Shown: positions 9,806-19,889, numbered from the stretch's first letter. The stretch is DNA of 64,000 bases from a virus (IMGVR_UViG_3300014038_000199), one strand, 5' to 3'. Translations and numbers: made by a program. Notes: generated by a model from the letters alone, not told the origin.

Positions 9806-10873
9806 ATGGTTTCAAGTAATTTAATTATATTAGCCTCTGCTGTAGGTAATTATGGTATAAACAATAGTAATGACATTAATATAGGCGATGGCTTTAAGTA
9901 TGAGTATTTCAATCCTATCACATTAAAGTTATTAAACAATTACGGATTTATAAAAATTCTTGTTGCTATAATACTTGTAGTATTAGCCTTTCTTATAATA
10001 AAAAATATGATGGGAATACGAAGCATATTTACATCAAAGGCTGTCAGGACAGAGATAGACAACTATAATAACCTTAGAGATAGGGATAGTAGAATACTCC
10101 ATGCTAATAAGTTTATTAGGGGAATAACAGGGTTTATAACAAACAAAGGTTTTAGAGTAAATCCATCTTATAAAGAGTACTTTCAGTATAATTTAGATAG
10201 AGCAAATGTCAGGATACCTGGCGGAAGTAGAATATATACTCCTGATGAATTTAACAGCTTAAAAGTGTTGTTTATTTGTTTAGTAATACTTATAAGTTTA
10301 TTAGTTTCTTGGTTTGTATCTCCATTCTTTGGTTTTATATTAGCTGTTGTAGTTGGTTCTGCTATAAATATACTTCCAATGATGATTATAAGACGAATAG
10401 TAGCAGCTAAGGACAGTGAGATAAGAGAAGATTTTCCAGATTTATATTTAATGATACATTATGAGATAATGAGTGGTGCAAAAACTCCATTAGCTAAGGC
10501 TTTTACTTCTTATAGAAGAGTTACAGACTCTATAGAGATGTTAAAGTTTGTAGATACATCTATAAATATGTTTGAAACTTATGGGGATGAAGAGGCTGCT
10601 ACTAGAATAGCTAAGATTTATAGAGAAATACCTGAAGTTACTAGGTTAATGCGTCTTATAAATCAGTTACATACTGGTGGAGATGTTAAAAAAGAGTTAA
10701 ACGGATTTAGGGAACAAATAATAAAAGATAAAAAGTACAGATTAGAGGTTAAAATGAATAAGTTAATCATTAAGGCTAAGATGTCGTTTTATTTAAGTTA
10801 TATTGTTTTAGCCCAAGCAATTATAAGTGCTATGGCTTTATTTTTCCCAGATTTGAATTTTTTCAGGTTATAA
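9806..10873 (+). CDS. TadC-like (GspF-family) platform membrane protein.
   Basis: Second paralogous polytopic protein of about 355 aa with the same topology pattern. Confidence 0.45.
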   Translation: MVSSNLIILASAVGNYGINNSNDINIGDGFKYEYFNPITLKLLNNYGFIKILVAIILVVLAFLIIKNMMGIRSIFTSKAVRTEIDNYNNLRDRDSRILHANKFIRGITGFITNKGFRVNPSYKEYFQYNLDRANVRIPGGSRIYTPDEFNSLKVLFICLVILISLLVSWFVSPFFGFILAVVVGSAINILPMMIIRRIVAAKDSEIREDFPDLYLMIHYEIMSGAKTPLAKAFTSYRRVTDSIEMLKFVDTSINMFETYGDEEAATRIAKIYREIPEVTRLMRLINQLHTGGDVKKELNGFREQIIKDKKYRLEVKMNKLIIKAKMSFYLSYIVLAQAIISAMALFFPDLNFFRL

Positions 10874-10975
10874 AGCTATAAAACTAGAATTTAAGAACTG
10901 GTTTAAGTTTATTAGGTGTAAGAGTAAATAAGATAAAATACTCTTGATACACAGTATATAGGAGGAAAATAAAAA

Positions 10976-11236
10976 TTGAAAAAGATATTCATAGGGCTTA
11001 TCACAGCGGCTGTAATGGTAACAATAGGTTATATAGCATTAAGAATTGTATTACCAAATACTTATATGTCAATGACTAATGCTATTGAAAAGGGAATCAA
11101 GAGCGGTACAGGTATTGCATTTGACCTTAACGGAGATGGTCAGATTGGTACTGGAGCAATGCCAAATACTAATTCTTTGAACGAGAAAGCTAAACAGGGT
11201 GATAATACTGTTACAGGATTAGATGGTTTACATTAA
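10976..11236 (+). CDS. Small N-anchored pilin-like protein (candidate major subunit).
   Basis: 86 aa with TTG start and a strong RBS. N-terminal hydrophobic helix then a Gly-rich tail. No canonical G/xxxxEY Flp cleavage motif. Confidence 0.3.
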   Translation: MKKIFIGLITAAVMVTIGYIALRIVLPNTYMSMTNAIEKGIKSGTGIAFDLNGDGQIGTGAMPNTNSLNEKAKQGDNTVTGLDGLH

Positions 11237-11325
11237 TTTTTAAGATGTAACCTATTAAGTCAACTTAGGCTACAATACACTATTGTAGCCTATTTTAATT
11301 CTATTAGAATAGGAGGTTACGGATT

Positions 11326-11868
11326 TTGAGTGATGCATTGAGATTTATATTTAAGACATTTATAAAGATACCTTTTATAATAATGATTTCTTATTTCCTA
11401 GTTAATTTACTTTTGTTTTCGTTGTATTATTTCAAGTTTACTGGTATAAGTTACAGTGTAATGAATACTGCAATGGAGAATAATTATATACCAGAAAATG
11501 AGTATGGAACTATAAAAAAGACTATAGATGACATAAAGAATAGTAGCGTACTTATAAAGGATGCTGACATTGTAACTGACACTCCAAATAAAAGAAAACA
11601 ATATGGAAGTAAGGTAAAAGTAGGTGTTAGATATACTTATAGATGGTTAACACCTTTAATGCCTTGGGATACAGGTCAAACTCCCTCTGATATAAGAGGT
11701 GGAACTAGTATAATTGATGATAGTACTGCCAGTGAGGGAAATTTATCTTCTATAACTGCTGAGGAGGCAAGGAGAAGAATAGATGCCTTATCAGATAGGT
11801 CATTAAATTCACCAATAGAAATAGTCTATGAGGTGCCAGGATTGCAATACTATCCTGATATGAATTAG
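11326..11868 (+). CDS. N-anchored protein, candidate minor pilin (TadE-like).
   Basis: TTG start with RBS. Single N-terminal TM followed by a soluble domain. Confidence 0.3.
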   Translation: MSDALRFIFKTFIKIPFIIMISYFLVNLLLFSLYYFKFTGISYSVMNTAMENNYIPENEYGTIKKTIDDIKNSSVLIKDADIVTDTPNKRKQYGSKVKVGVRYTYRWLTPLMPWDTGQTPSDIRGGTSIIDDSTASEGNLSSITAEEARRRIDALSDRSLNSPIEIVYEVPGLQYYPDMN

Positions 11869-11885
11869 TTTATGAGGATACTTTA

Positions 11886-12887
11886 ATGGGTAGTGGTATA
11901 AAAAGTATATTTAAGGTTCTTATATTTTTTACTTTATTTGTTACAATAGGGATGCTTATTATTGAGGTATATAATTTGACTATAGCTAGTGAGTTATTAA
12001 AATCTACGGCTCATGCTACTTTAGAGAGGTCTTGTGATTATTTTGCTCAGGAGAGCTATAAGAATGGAAGTGGAAATGCATATCAGTTAAGAGGATACAA
12101 TAGTAGTTTAGATACTTCCTTAAACGGACAATTTTATTATGGTTCTGACTCTCAAGTTTATGATAAATTATATACTAACAGTGATGAATTTGCAACTTAT
12201 GTTAATAGATTTAAGGATAATTATAGGAAACTTAAGGTATTAGGTAAAGGTTTAGGTTTAACTCATGATATTTTACTTGATGGTGAGGATGCTATAGGTT
12301 CTTATTACAGACAAGGCTTGGTAACTCCATTAAATATAGGTATAGCATACTTAGATAGAGGTACTGTTGAAAAGATATTCAAATGGGAATTAGTTGCTGT
12401 ATTATCTTCTGGGCAAGACGATATGATAATTACAGACCCTGCTGATGGCAGTAACCCTTATGTTTTATATAAAGGGTTTAGAATTTATTATAACTCTATA
12501 CAGTTAGAGGATCCTTCTTATAAAGTTTATGATTTATTTAATAGTGATGATAAGAAAAAATTTGAAGAATTAACTAACATAGAAGTTGATGATTATATGC
12601 TAAGGGCTAGGATAAATGAATCAGATGAGCGTAGATATATAGTTGTAGCTAATATGAATTATAAAGTTCGTGTAGGATATGAGGGAATAACTCCCATAAG
12701 AAGGCTTTTTCAGTGGGTAGTTAATACAGGAGATGATGAAAGATATGATATAAACAATCCAAAGTGGAGTGGAGATACTACTTTAAGTAGGGTAGGAGCA
12801 AGAAATGAGGACTTTTTTAGGTCAGGTTTAAGATATGACTCTTCTGTGGGAATAGGAAATAAGATTATATACTATATAGTCAGATAG
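11886..12887 (+). CDS. N-anchored protein, candidate minor pilin (TadG-like).
   Basis: N-terminal TM (VLIFFTLFVTIGMLIIEVY) plus a soluble domain of about 300 aa. Confidence 0.3.
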   Translation: MGSGIKSIFKVLIFFTLFVTIGMLIIEVYNLTIASELLKSTAHATLERSCDYFAQESYKNGSGNAYQLRGYNSSLDTSLNGQFYYGSDSQVYDKLYTNSDEFATYVNRFKDNYRKLKVLGKGLGLTHDILLDGEDAIGSYYRQGLVTPLNIGIAYLDRGTVEKIFKWELVAVLSSGQDDMIITDPADGSNPYVLYKGFRIYYNSIQLEDPSYKVYDLFNSDDKKKFEELTNIEVDDYMLRARINESDERRYIVVANMNYKVRVGYEGITPIRRLFQWVVNTGDDERYDINNPKWSGDTTLSRVGARNEDFFRSGLRYDSSVGIGNKIIYYIVR

Positions 12888-12895
12888 GAGGTTTA

Positions 12896-13531
12896 ATGTT
12901 TAGTTTATTCGGAAAAAAGAAAGCAAAAGAGCCTGTAGAAGAACTTCCAATAGTAGATAAGGCATTATTGATTTTAACGGATAACCCAAAGGCTGGTATG
13001 GTAGATTATTTTAAGTCTTTTGATATAAAGATTAAGGGTTTATATAAAAGTTTAGATGATTTAAGAACTGAATTAATTTTATATAGTTCAGATATACCTA
13101 CCAGATTAGTTATTGTAGACAGTGGAGTTGATAAGTTTAACTCTACTGGAAACGGAGATAATAATTTATATGATATATTAGAGTTGGCAAGTAATAAGGA
13201 CTTTGATATTACTGTATTAACTTCTAATAAAGGCTTAGTAAAAAGTGTAAAGAATATACTTAAGAAATTAGGTAAAGCAGTTAATGATAAAGCTGATTAC
13301 TCAGAGTATGACAGTATAAATTCTATAATAGAAAAGTTAAGTTCTTATAGAGAACATTATATAGAGAATGGAGCAACAGATATAGTTTTAGAAGAGCCAT
13401 TAAAATTTAAGGGGCAAGAGGTAGATGTGAAGTATCAAACTGGAATAAAATACAATGATTTTGAAACTTTAGCAGGTATATCAGATGATACTTTAGGAAA
13501 TAGTTTAATAGCTTTTAAGGTTAAGATTTAA
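12896..13531 (+). CDS. Receiver (REC)-like standalone domain protein.
   Basis: ALLILTDN ... RLVIVDSG pattern resembling a CheY-like/pseudo-receiver fold, comparable to the TadZ N-terminal domain. Confidence 0.3.
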   Translation: MFSLFGKKKAKEPVEELPIVDKALLILTDNPKAGMVDYFKSFDIKIKGLYKSLDDLRTELILYSSDIPTRLVIVDSGVDKFNSTGNGDNNLYDILELASNKDFDITVLTSNKGLVKSVKNILKKLGKAVNDKADYSEYDSINSIIEKLSSYREHYIENGATDIVLEEPLKFKGQEVDVKYQTGIKYNDFETLAGISDDTLGNSLIAFKVKI

Positions 13532-13539
13532 TAATACAT

Positions 13540-13590
13540 AAGAGATAATTTTAATTTACCTATTTTAGTGATTAAAGTTATCTCTTTTTT
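13540..13590 (+). terminator. Weak hairpin plus T-run after the Tad-like module.
   Basis: AAGAGATAA ... TTATCTCTT with a large loop, followed by TTTTTT. Confidence 0.3.
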
Positions 13591-13630
13591 GTTATTAAAG
13601 CCTGTAAGTAATTAAAGTATAATTAAATGT

Positions 13631-13659
13631 TTGAATTAGAACTTTTATTGTTATATAGT
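13631..13659 (+). promoter_or_regulatory. Candidate promoter TTGAAT-N17-TATAGT upstream of the ParM-like gene.
   Basis: Hexamers at 13631-13636 and 13654-13659. TTAAAG triplet repeats occur nearby. Confidence 0.35.
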
Positions 13660-13766
13660 TATGAAAGTAAGTTCAGATGTAGCATAAAAGCTAAGAAAGA
13701 GAGTTTATGAGTTTAATTCAAGCATTTTTGATTGATAATTTTAATTTCAAGGAGGTAACTAAAATA

Positions 13767-14948
13767 ATGTTACATGTTTGTACAGACCAAGGTGCTTCAT
13801 GCACTAGATATTCAGCAAATAACAGTAAGGTGTATAAGAACCCTAATAACTTCATTACTGTAGAACCTGATGAAGATATCAGATATATACCACACAGCGA
13901 TGAATTTGTTGATAATATGGACTTAACAATTACTAAAGATGGTGATAGCGATTTCTTTCCTAAAAGGATACTTGGAGGAACTTTAGCAGATAGGTATTCA
14001 AGTTCTTCTGTTAAGCCAAGCATGCTTTCAAGCAAGAGTAAGCAACCAGTTAACTACTATAGCATTATTTCATCAGTTGTGGACTCTATACTGCTTAAAG
14101 AGGGTTCATTAAATGGAGAAAATCCTGTAGAGGTAGCTTGCTATATATGTTTACCACCTGTTGAAATTACGGGTAATAATGAAAACGAGGACTATGTAAA
14201 GGCACAGCTTAAAGGAAAGTATACGGTTAAGTTAAATAAGATGGATAAAGAGATTACTTTTAATATAAGAGAAGTGAGCATTTATCCAGAGAGTGTAATG
14301 GCTGTTGTTGCTTTTCTATTTAATCAAGATGCTACACAGCGTACAGAGATGGCTAAGTACAATAAAGGAAATGTACTAAGCTTTGATATAGGTGCAAGTA
14401 CCTCTGATTTAGTTATAATAAATGATAGAAAGTTTGTGGAGCATTCTGGATATACCTGTAAGCTTGGTGGAAATATCATAGATGACTTACTTCGTAATGA
14501 AATTCGCAGAAAGTTAGGTGTAGAAGTTTCCAACGATGACATAGCAGAGGCAGTAAGAACAGGTAGACTTGCTTATGGAAGTTCTTATAAAGATGTAAGC
14601 GAAGAGTTAAAGAAGTGTAAAAAGCAGTTTGCAAAAATGCTTTTTGAGAAGATTCAGAACTACTTTGCTACTAATGGAATGGGATTGCAGTCTATTAAGG
14701 CTATATTTATGAGTGGCGGAGGTTCTATGCCATCAAGTTACATAGATGAGTCTGGTAAAGAGATAGTAACTTCTCCATCTGTTGGCGAGTACATAGATGA
14801 GGAGATTAAAAAAGTATGTGACAGCATTGACATGGTACTTTCACCGTCTGTAAATCCTAGGGAGTGCAATATAGTTGGATTAATACTTAGTATGAATGTT
14901 CAGAGAAAGCAATCTCAAATTCAGAGCAATAAAAGTAAAAAAGAATAA
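13767..14948 (+). CDS. ParM/Alp-like actin-family ATPase (plasmid segregation type II).
   Basis: Start re-assigned to the ATG at 13767, which has a strong RBS (aaggagg) and is in frame with the track ORF. N-terminus MLHVCTDQGASCT resembles ParM MLVFIDDGSTNIK (phosphate-1). Phosphate-2-like FDIGASTSDLVII. C-terminal MSGGGS. Confidence 0.6.
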   Translation: MLHVCTDQGASCTRYSANNSKVYKNPNNFITVEPDEDIRYIPHSDEFVDNMDLTITKDGDSDFFPKRILGGTLADRYSSSSVKPSMLSSKSKQPVNYYSIISSVVDSILLKEGSLNGENPVEVACYICLPPVEITGNNENEDYVKAQLKGKYTVKLNKMDKEITFNIREVSIYPESVMAVVAFLFNQDATQRTEMAKYNKGNVLSFDIGASTSDLVIINDRKFVEHSGYTCKLGGNIIDDLLRNEIRRKLGVEVSNDDIAEAVRTGRLAYGSSYKDVSEELKKCKKQFAKMLFEKIQNYFATNGMGLQSIKAIFMSGGGSMPSSYIDESGKEIVTSPSVGEYIDEEIKKVCDSIDMVLSPSVNPRECNIVGLILSMNVQRKQSQIQSNKSKKE

Positions 14949-14992
14949 GAAAGGAGAGGGCTTATAGTAGTTTATGAGTCCTTAAAGATAAA

Positions 14993-17137
14993 ATGCTAAA
15001 GACAGCTATATTAGTATGTAAGCAGTCTAAAATAAGATTAAAGCATACAAAATCTTATAGGGCTATTACAGAGAAAGAGTTTTTAAGGTTTATGGAATAT
15101 GATACTTCCATAAACCTTGGTATCATAGAGATAGATAAAGATGCTACTGATGAAGTCATTGGTAGCATAATAAAATTGGTAGACTATTGTGAGTCCAATT
15201 TGAATAAAAGAGTTATACTAATGTCTTATAAGAGTGATGTTAGTATGGATTATGTTGCTTATAGTGTAACCGAGTTACAAGAATTGATAGAGGCTGAAAC
15301 AGGCTATGATGTAAGTACATATATAAAAGAAAGTTTATTTGATGAACAGCAAGAAGTTCAGGTATCTCAAGTAGAGAATGATTTATCATCTATTGCTGAA
15401 TTTGAGATACCTGATGAAGAAGAGAAAGAAGAAGAGAATATAGAGGTCATCAAGATTATCAAAAATATAGAAGAGCGTAATATAGAGAATGAAAAGATTA
15501 AAGACCTTGAGATGATAATTGATGACCTCAAAGAAAAATTAGATAAATCAGTAAGCGTTAATGCTGAATTAGAGAGTACAAGAGAAAACTTATTAAAATC
15601 GAAGAACGAAGCTGATAATGAAATTGTTAGATTAACTTCTGAATTAGAGTCTAATAAGCATAAGATAGCGGAGTTAGAGAGTAATAACTATGCTGGAGAG
15701 ATTGAAAGGCTTGTTAAAGAATTAGATAGTTATAAGATAAAAGTATCAGCTTTAGATGAAATAGAAGATAAACTCAGGGAAATAAATAGTCTATGTGATG
15801 AAAAAGACAAAACTATCAAAGACCTTGAGAATAGCATAAAGGACATTGAAAAAAAGGATAGAAGAAATGAGATAGTATTAGAATTAAATTCAAAAAGAGC
15901 AGATACTATTAGGTTTATAGATAAAATCTATGTAGACCTCAAAAATACCATAAATGTTCTTAAGACCAAAGATAGTGAATTACATGAAGCTTTAAGAGAA
16001 GTTAGGGAATTGACCGATGATTGTAATTCACTTAAAGAAAGTTTGAATAGTGCAATAAGCAGAGAGAAAGATTATACAAATAAAGAGGTTAAATATAAAG
16101 AAAATATAAGTTTATTAGAGTCTAACTTAGATAAATTAGGGGAGGATTACAGTAACTCTAACAGACTTTTAGAAACATATAAATCTAAGGTATTAAGTGC
16201 TGAAGCTTCTATTGCTCAAAGTGATGTGATAAAAACTAAGTTAAGCATTACTGAAAAAGAGTTAAAAGCTAGGATTGCTGAAATTGCAGATAAGGACATT
16301 GAAATTAAGAGATTAAACTCTAGTGTTAATACTAAAGAGGTGATAACTATTGGGGTTGATAAAGTATTCAGTTCTTTTGAATATAAAGGGAATGCTAAGT
16401 TAATAACTGTGTTTGGCGGTGGCAGTTATGGCATAACTAACATAGCTTATTCAATAGCCAATAAGTTAAAAGGCAAGGTATTGTTTTTAGATTTTGACTT
16501 ATTTAATCCAAAGTCTGATAAATATACTAAGAAAAATCCAATGGTAAGTGTAACAGGTGTACCTAACAATTTGTACAGAACTGGTGTAGGTGTATTGTAT
16601 AGTTGTGGCATAGATAAGTTTATAAGTGAATATGATAAGCTTGTTATAAAAGTTCTGAAAATAAAGGAACTTGAGTTAAGTTGGATAAGCGGATTGTATT
16701 CAATATTAAAGTTAGAAAATTTAGATTATACATCTGAATTTTTTAATTATATAGGTAGTTTATATGATTATATAATAATAGACTCTGGTAAATTAGGGTA
16801 TTCTAATATAAATAACAGCTTAATTAAGAGTTTATGTGAGGTCAGCTATAAGAATTTAGTAGTATCAAGTAATGATACTGTAAGTATAAGGGGAATCGGA
16901 TTAGCGTTAAATAAAGTTAAGTTATCTAATGTAGATTGGATATTAAATTTAAGTAACAATTCTATTATAAGCGATAAAGCTAAAAAGAGTATCGGAGACA
17001 GTTCATATTATATATTACCTTTCAGTAATTCTATCTTTGGTACTGATAAATTGATAATAGACGATAATAATATAGATGGAAGATTATCAGCTTATCTTAG
17101 TAAGTTTGGATTGGAGGTAAATAAAGTTGGATTATAA
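14993..17137 (+). CDS. TadZ-like protein with three parts: REC-like N-terminus, long E/K-rich coiled coil, and a C-terminal Lys-less MinD/ParA-like domain.
   Basis: Heptad-rich charged region covers roughly residues 130-440. C-terminus has VFGGGSYGITNIAYSIANKL and IIIDSG, paralogous to the 6409 protein and the C-terminus of 60914. Confidence 0.45.
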   Translation: MLKTAILVCKQSKIRLKHTKSYRAITEKEFLRFMEYDTSINLGIIEIDKDATDEVIGSIIKLVDYCESNLNKRVILMSYKSDVSMDYVAYSVTELQELIEAETGYDVSTYIKESLFDEQQEVQVSQVENDLSSIAEFEIPDEEEKEEENIEVIKIIKNIEERNIENEKIKDLEMIIDDLKEKLDKSVSVNAELESTRENLLKSKNEADNEIVRLTSELESNKHKIAELESNNYAGEIERLVKELDSYKIKVSALDEIEDKLREINSLCDEKDKTIKDLENSIKDIEKKDRRNEIVLELNSKRADTIRFIDKIYVDLKNTINVLKTKDSELHEALREVRELTDDCNSLKESLNSAISREKDYTNKEVKYKENISLLESNLDKLGEDYSNSNRLLETYKSKVLSAEASIAQSDVIKTKLSITEKELKARIAEIADKDIEIKRLNSSVNTKEVITIGVDKVFSSFEYKGNAKLITVFGGGSYGITNIAYSIANKLKGKVLFLDFDLFNPKSDKYTKKNPMVSVTGVPNNLYRTGVGVLYSCGIDKFISEYDKLVIKVLKIKELELSWISGLYSILKLENLDYTSEFFNYIGSLYDYIIIDSGKLGYSNINNSLIKSLCEVSYKNLVVSSNDTVSIRGIGLALNKVKLSNVDWILNLSNNSIISDKAKKSIGDSSYYILPFSNSIFGTDKLIIDDNNIDGRLSAYLSKFGLEVNKVGL

Positions 17138-17894
17138 AGTAAGATTAGGGGCTACTTTATCCTTTAATTTAGGACTTGAGAGGGATATGGTTGAGCAAAT
17201 AAATAAGTTAAAGGCTAGGCATAAGCTTGGAGAGTTTATCAGTAATTCTCTTAGAATAGTATTTGAAAACCCCGAACTGTTAGAAAAACAAGGAGTAAGC
17301 CTTGCTGAGTATGGATTAACTGATAATAGAAAGAAATTAAATGATGCTATTCGTACTGAAATAATCAGAATGAATAATAAAATTCAAAAGACATACAAAA
17401 TGGCTTATGAAATGTATAGTTTAGCAAAGTTTAATAAGCAGTTAAATTTATATGATTGTTCAAGGAACATACTAGCCAGTCAGTTTATATTAGCTAAACA
17501 AATAGAAGATTTAAGAAGATTATTAGGGGTCAGTAGTATAGAACAACCTGTAAATTTACATAAAGTAGATACCAGCATAGATGATATTTTAGAGTACATA
17601 TTATTAACTCATTCAGAAATAGTAGATGAGTTAAAAGAAAGCTTGACTGGTAGTAATGACTACTTGAAAAAGTTAAATGACCTAAAAGATTTAGCAGATA
17701 AGCATATTGCAAAAGAAGTTGAAACTAGTGAGCCTCAGTCTGAACTCGAAAAAGAAGATAATGAAGATAGTAGCGATTCTAATATGGCTCGAGACATAGT
17801 AGTTGAAGATGAAAAAGAAGATGAAGCTACTGATTTTGAAATAAGTGATGATGCAAATATGAATGATTTAGCTGATTTAATTAATTTGTTTTAA
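17127..17894 (+). CDS. Ribbon-helix-helix-like DNA-binding protein with an acidic C-terminal tail (possible ParR-like adaptor).
   Basis: N-terminus KVRLGATLSF (beta strand), ERDMVEQINKLKARH (helix), LGEFISNSLRIV (helix). C-terminal D/E-rich tail. TTG start with RBS. Confidence 0.3.
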   Translation: MDYKVRLGATLSFNLGLERDMVEQINKLKARHKLGEFISNSLRIVFENPELLEKQGVSLAEYGLTDNRKKLNDAIRTEIIRMNNKIQKTYKMAYEMYSLAKFNKQLNLYDCSRNILASQFILAKQIEDLRRLLGVSSIEQPVNLHKVDTSIDDILEYILLTHSEIVDELKESLTGSNDYLKKLNDLKDLADKHIAKEVETSEPQSELEKEDNEDSSDSNMARDIVVEDEKEDEATDFEISDDANMNDLADLINLF

Positions 17895-17909
17895 GTTGGA
17901 GTATAAAGC

Positions 17910-18791
17910 ATGGATGATAAATATAAAGACTTGCCTTTTATGTCAGATTATCAAGGGGCATATTTAGTAAAAGAGGATATACTAGAGTTATATAAAAAGC
18001 TTAGTAATGATGGTAAGATAGGATTAAAGAATTTTAGTAACTTAAAGCTAAGCTTATATAAAAAGAAATATATGATTAAAACTGGAAAGAGCTCAAGGTT
18101 AGCCACCAAAGAAGAAGTGGAAAAAGGAGTTTATGGGGTATATTATGATAAAGAGAGCATTTTGAGTTTTTACACTACTAAATATATAGCTTTGATTTTA
18201 GATTATATAACTACTGGAAAATCCTATGAAACTTCCATAAATAAGAATAAACTTATAGAAATTTATGAGTATATGTTTACAGATAAGTTTATAAGTGATT
18301 TACATACTATAAAATATGCTAATCAACTTAAGTTTTATGAAAAAAGTACAGATACTAATGATTGTGAATTGATGGTTGATGTATTGAAGGTTATAAGAGA
18401 AGAGTTGGATCCTGATTTTGGTACTGATTATAGTAAAAAAGCTTTTAGTATAGCTAAATATGCCTTAAAAAATAAATCTTATATATTATCAAAAAGTCAA
18501 TTTTCCATTATAGAAATTGAGTATAAGAAAATAAAAAATAAGAATAACAGTATAAGCTTAGATATTTTAGACAAAGCAAGAAAAATTAAGGCTGAAATTG
18601 TAAGAAACAGTAGTTATTCTAATATGATATACGATATAGCTTGTCAGGCTATTGAAAAAAATTATTTATCTGAAAAACAGGAGAAATTACTTTTAGAATA
18701 TAATGAAGTTAAGAAAGCTGTTGAGCCTGCTGTTGCTGATACGCCTGATGATATACCTGATTTTGATTTAGGCAGTTTTGATTGGAATTAG
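17910..18791 (+). CDS. Hypothetical protein.
   Basis: ORF with RBS. No recognisable motifs. Confidence 0.3.
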   Translation: MDDKYKDLPFMSDYQGAYLVKEDILELYKKLSNDGKIGLKNFSNLKLSLYKKKYMIKTGKSSRLATKEEVEKGVYGVYYDKESILSFYTTKYIALILDYITTGKSYETSINKNKLIEIYEYMFTDKFISDLHTIKYANQLKFYEKSTDTNDCELMVDVLKVIREELDPDFGTDYSKKAFSIAKYALKNKSYILSKSQFSIIEIEYKKIKNKNNSISLDILDKARKIKAEIVRNSSYSNMIYDIACQAIEKNYLSEKQEKLLLEYNEVKKAVEPAVADTPDDIPDFDLGSFDWN

Positions 18792-18799
18792 GAGGTAGA

Positions 18800-19021
18800 A
18801 TGAAAAAGTTTGCGGTTTATTTTATAAACAGTAATAAAAAGAGTTGTGTACTTTGCTTAGAGAATGATTATGATACTGCTCAAGTTAAGTACAAGATATA
18901 TAACAGATTGGGAAATGTCAGGATACATGAATATGAGAGTAATACTTCCATAGATGAAGATTTGGAAAGTTTATTAGAATTAGAAGATAAGATAGACAGT
19001 TTAGGGGGCGTTGATGAGTAG
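18800..19021 (+). CDS. Small hypothetical protein.
   Basis: ATG at 18800 with an aggagg RBS is preferred over the track start at 18782. Confidence 0.3.
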   Translation: MKKFAVYFINSNKKSCVLCLENDYDTAQVKYKIYNRLGNVRIHEYESNTSIDEDLESLLELEDKIDSLGGVDE

Positions 19022-19889
19022 AATACATTTGATAATAGATTTTATGCCTTTGTATTATAAGTACTTTTTTAAGTTAAAATGTGGGAAACTTTCTAAATTA
19101 AGTTATAATGATTTAGACACTACTTATTTATATTACATAACAAAAGAGATAGAAGATTCTTGTAAATTGGTTTCTAAAGATAGAGAAAACATTTTAATAA
19201 GTGTTTGTTTTGATTCTAAAGGCAGTAAAAGAAAAGAAATAGATACTAATTATAAGAGTAATAGGGATACGAACCTTGAGAGTTATGATTTTGACATGAT
19301 AGATAATTTTATATACCCTATATTTGATAAACTATATGACTCTTATAAATTGGATGGATATGAGGCAGATGATATAATAGTAGGTTTAGCTAAGCATACA
19401 GATAATTTTGATAAGATTTATGTGATGTCACCTGATAAAGACTTGTCTCATCTGATAAATGATAAAGTCAGTTGTATTAAAAATTCTACAATGAACAGTA
19501 GTAAATATATAGTTGATATGTATAGCTATGAGGATATATTGACTAGTAAACTTGGAGCAAGAATACCTTATAATTCAATCTTATTATATCTATGTACTGT
19601 AGGAGATAGCTCAGATAACATTAAAGGAGTTAGCGGTTTTGGTAAATCAGCCTTTAATAAATTAATACTAAGCAATAAAGAATTTGATTATTCTTCTTTA
19701 GATACAAAAGATAACATACTTAAGTTTTTAGAGAGTATATTTGATGGAGATAAGTTAAGTCAGGCTAAACATAGTTTAGATTTAGTATATCCTTTTGATT
19801 TAGAAATAGAATTAAAGGATTCAAATTCAGATAGAGATGTCAAATTTAAGGAGTTTATGGCTTATGGATTCAAAAGTTTAATTTATTAG
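19011..19889 (+). CDS. 5'-3' exonuclease / flap endonuclease (PIN plus H3TH), T5 D15/Pol I 5'-exo type.
   Basis: N-terminus IHLIIDFMPLYYK (LLLVDG.SLAFR-like). GYEADDIIVGLAKH matches the EADDVIATLA motif. TVGDSSDNIKGVSGFGKSAFNKLI matches the H3TH LVGDSSDNIPGVPGIG motif. Confidence 0.7.
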   Translation: MMSRIHLIIDFMPLYYKYFFKLKCGKLSKLSYNDLDTTYLYYITKEIEDSCKLVSKDRENILISVCFDSKGSKRKEIDTNYKSNRDTNLESYDFDMIDNFIYPIFDKLYDSYKLDGYEADDIIVGLAKHTDNFDKIYVMSPDKDLSHLINDKVSCIKNSTMNSSKYIVDMYSYEDILTSKLGARIPYNSILLYLCTVGDSSDNIKGVSGFGKSAFNKLILSNKEFDYSSLDTKDNILKFLESIFDGDKLSQAKHSLDLVYPFDLEIELKDSNSDRDVKFKEFMAYGFKSLIY

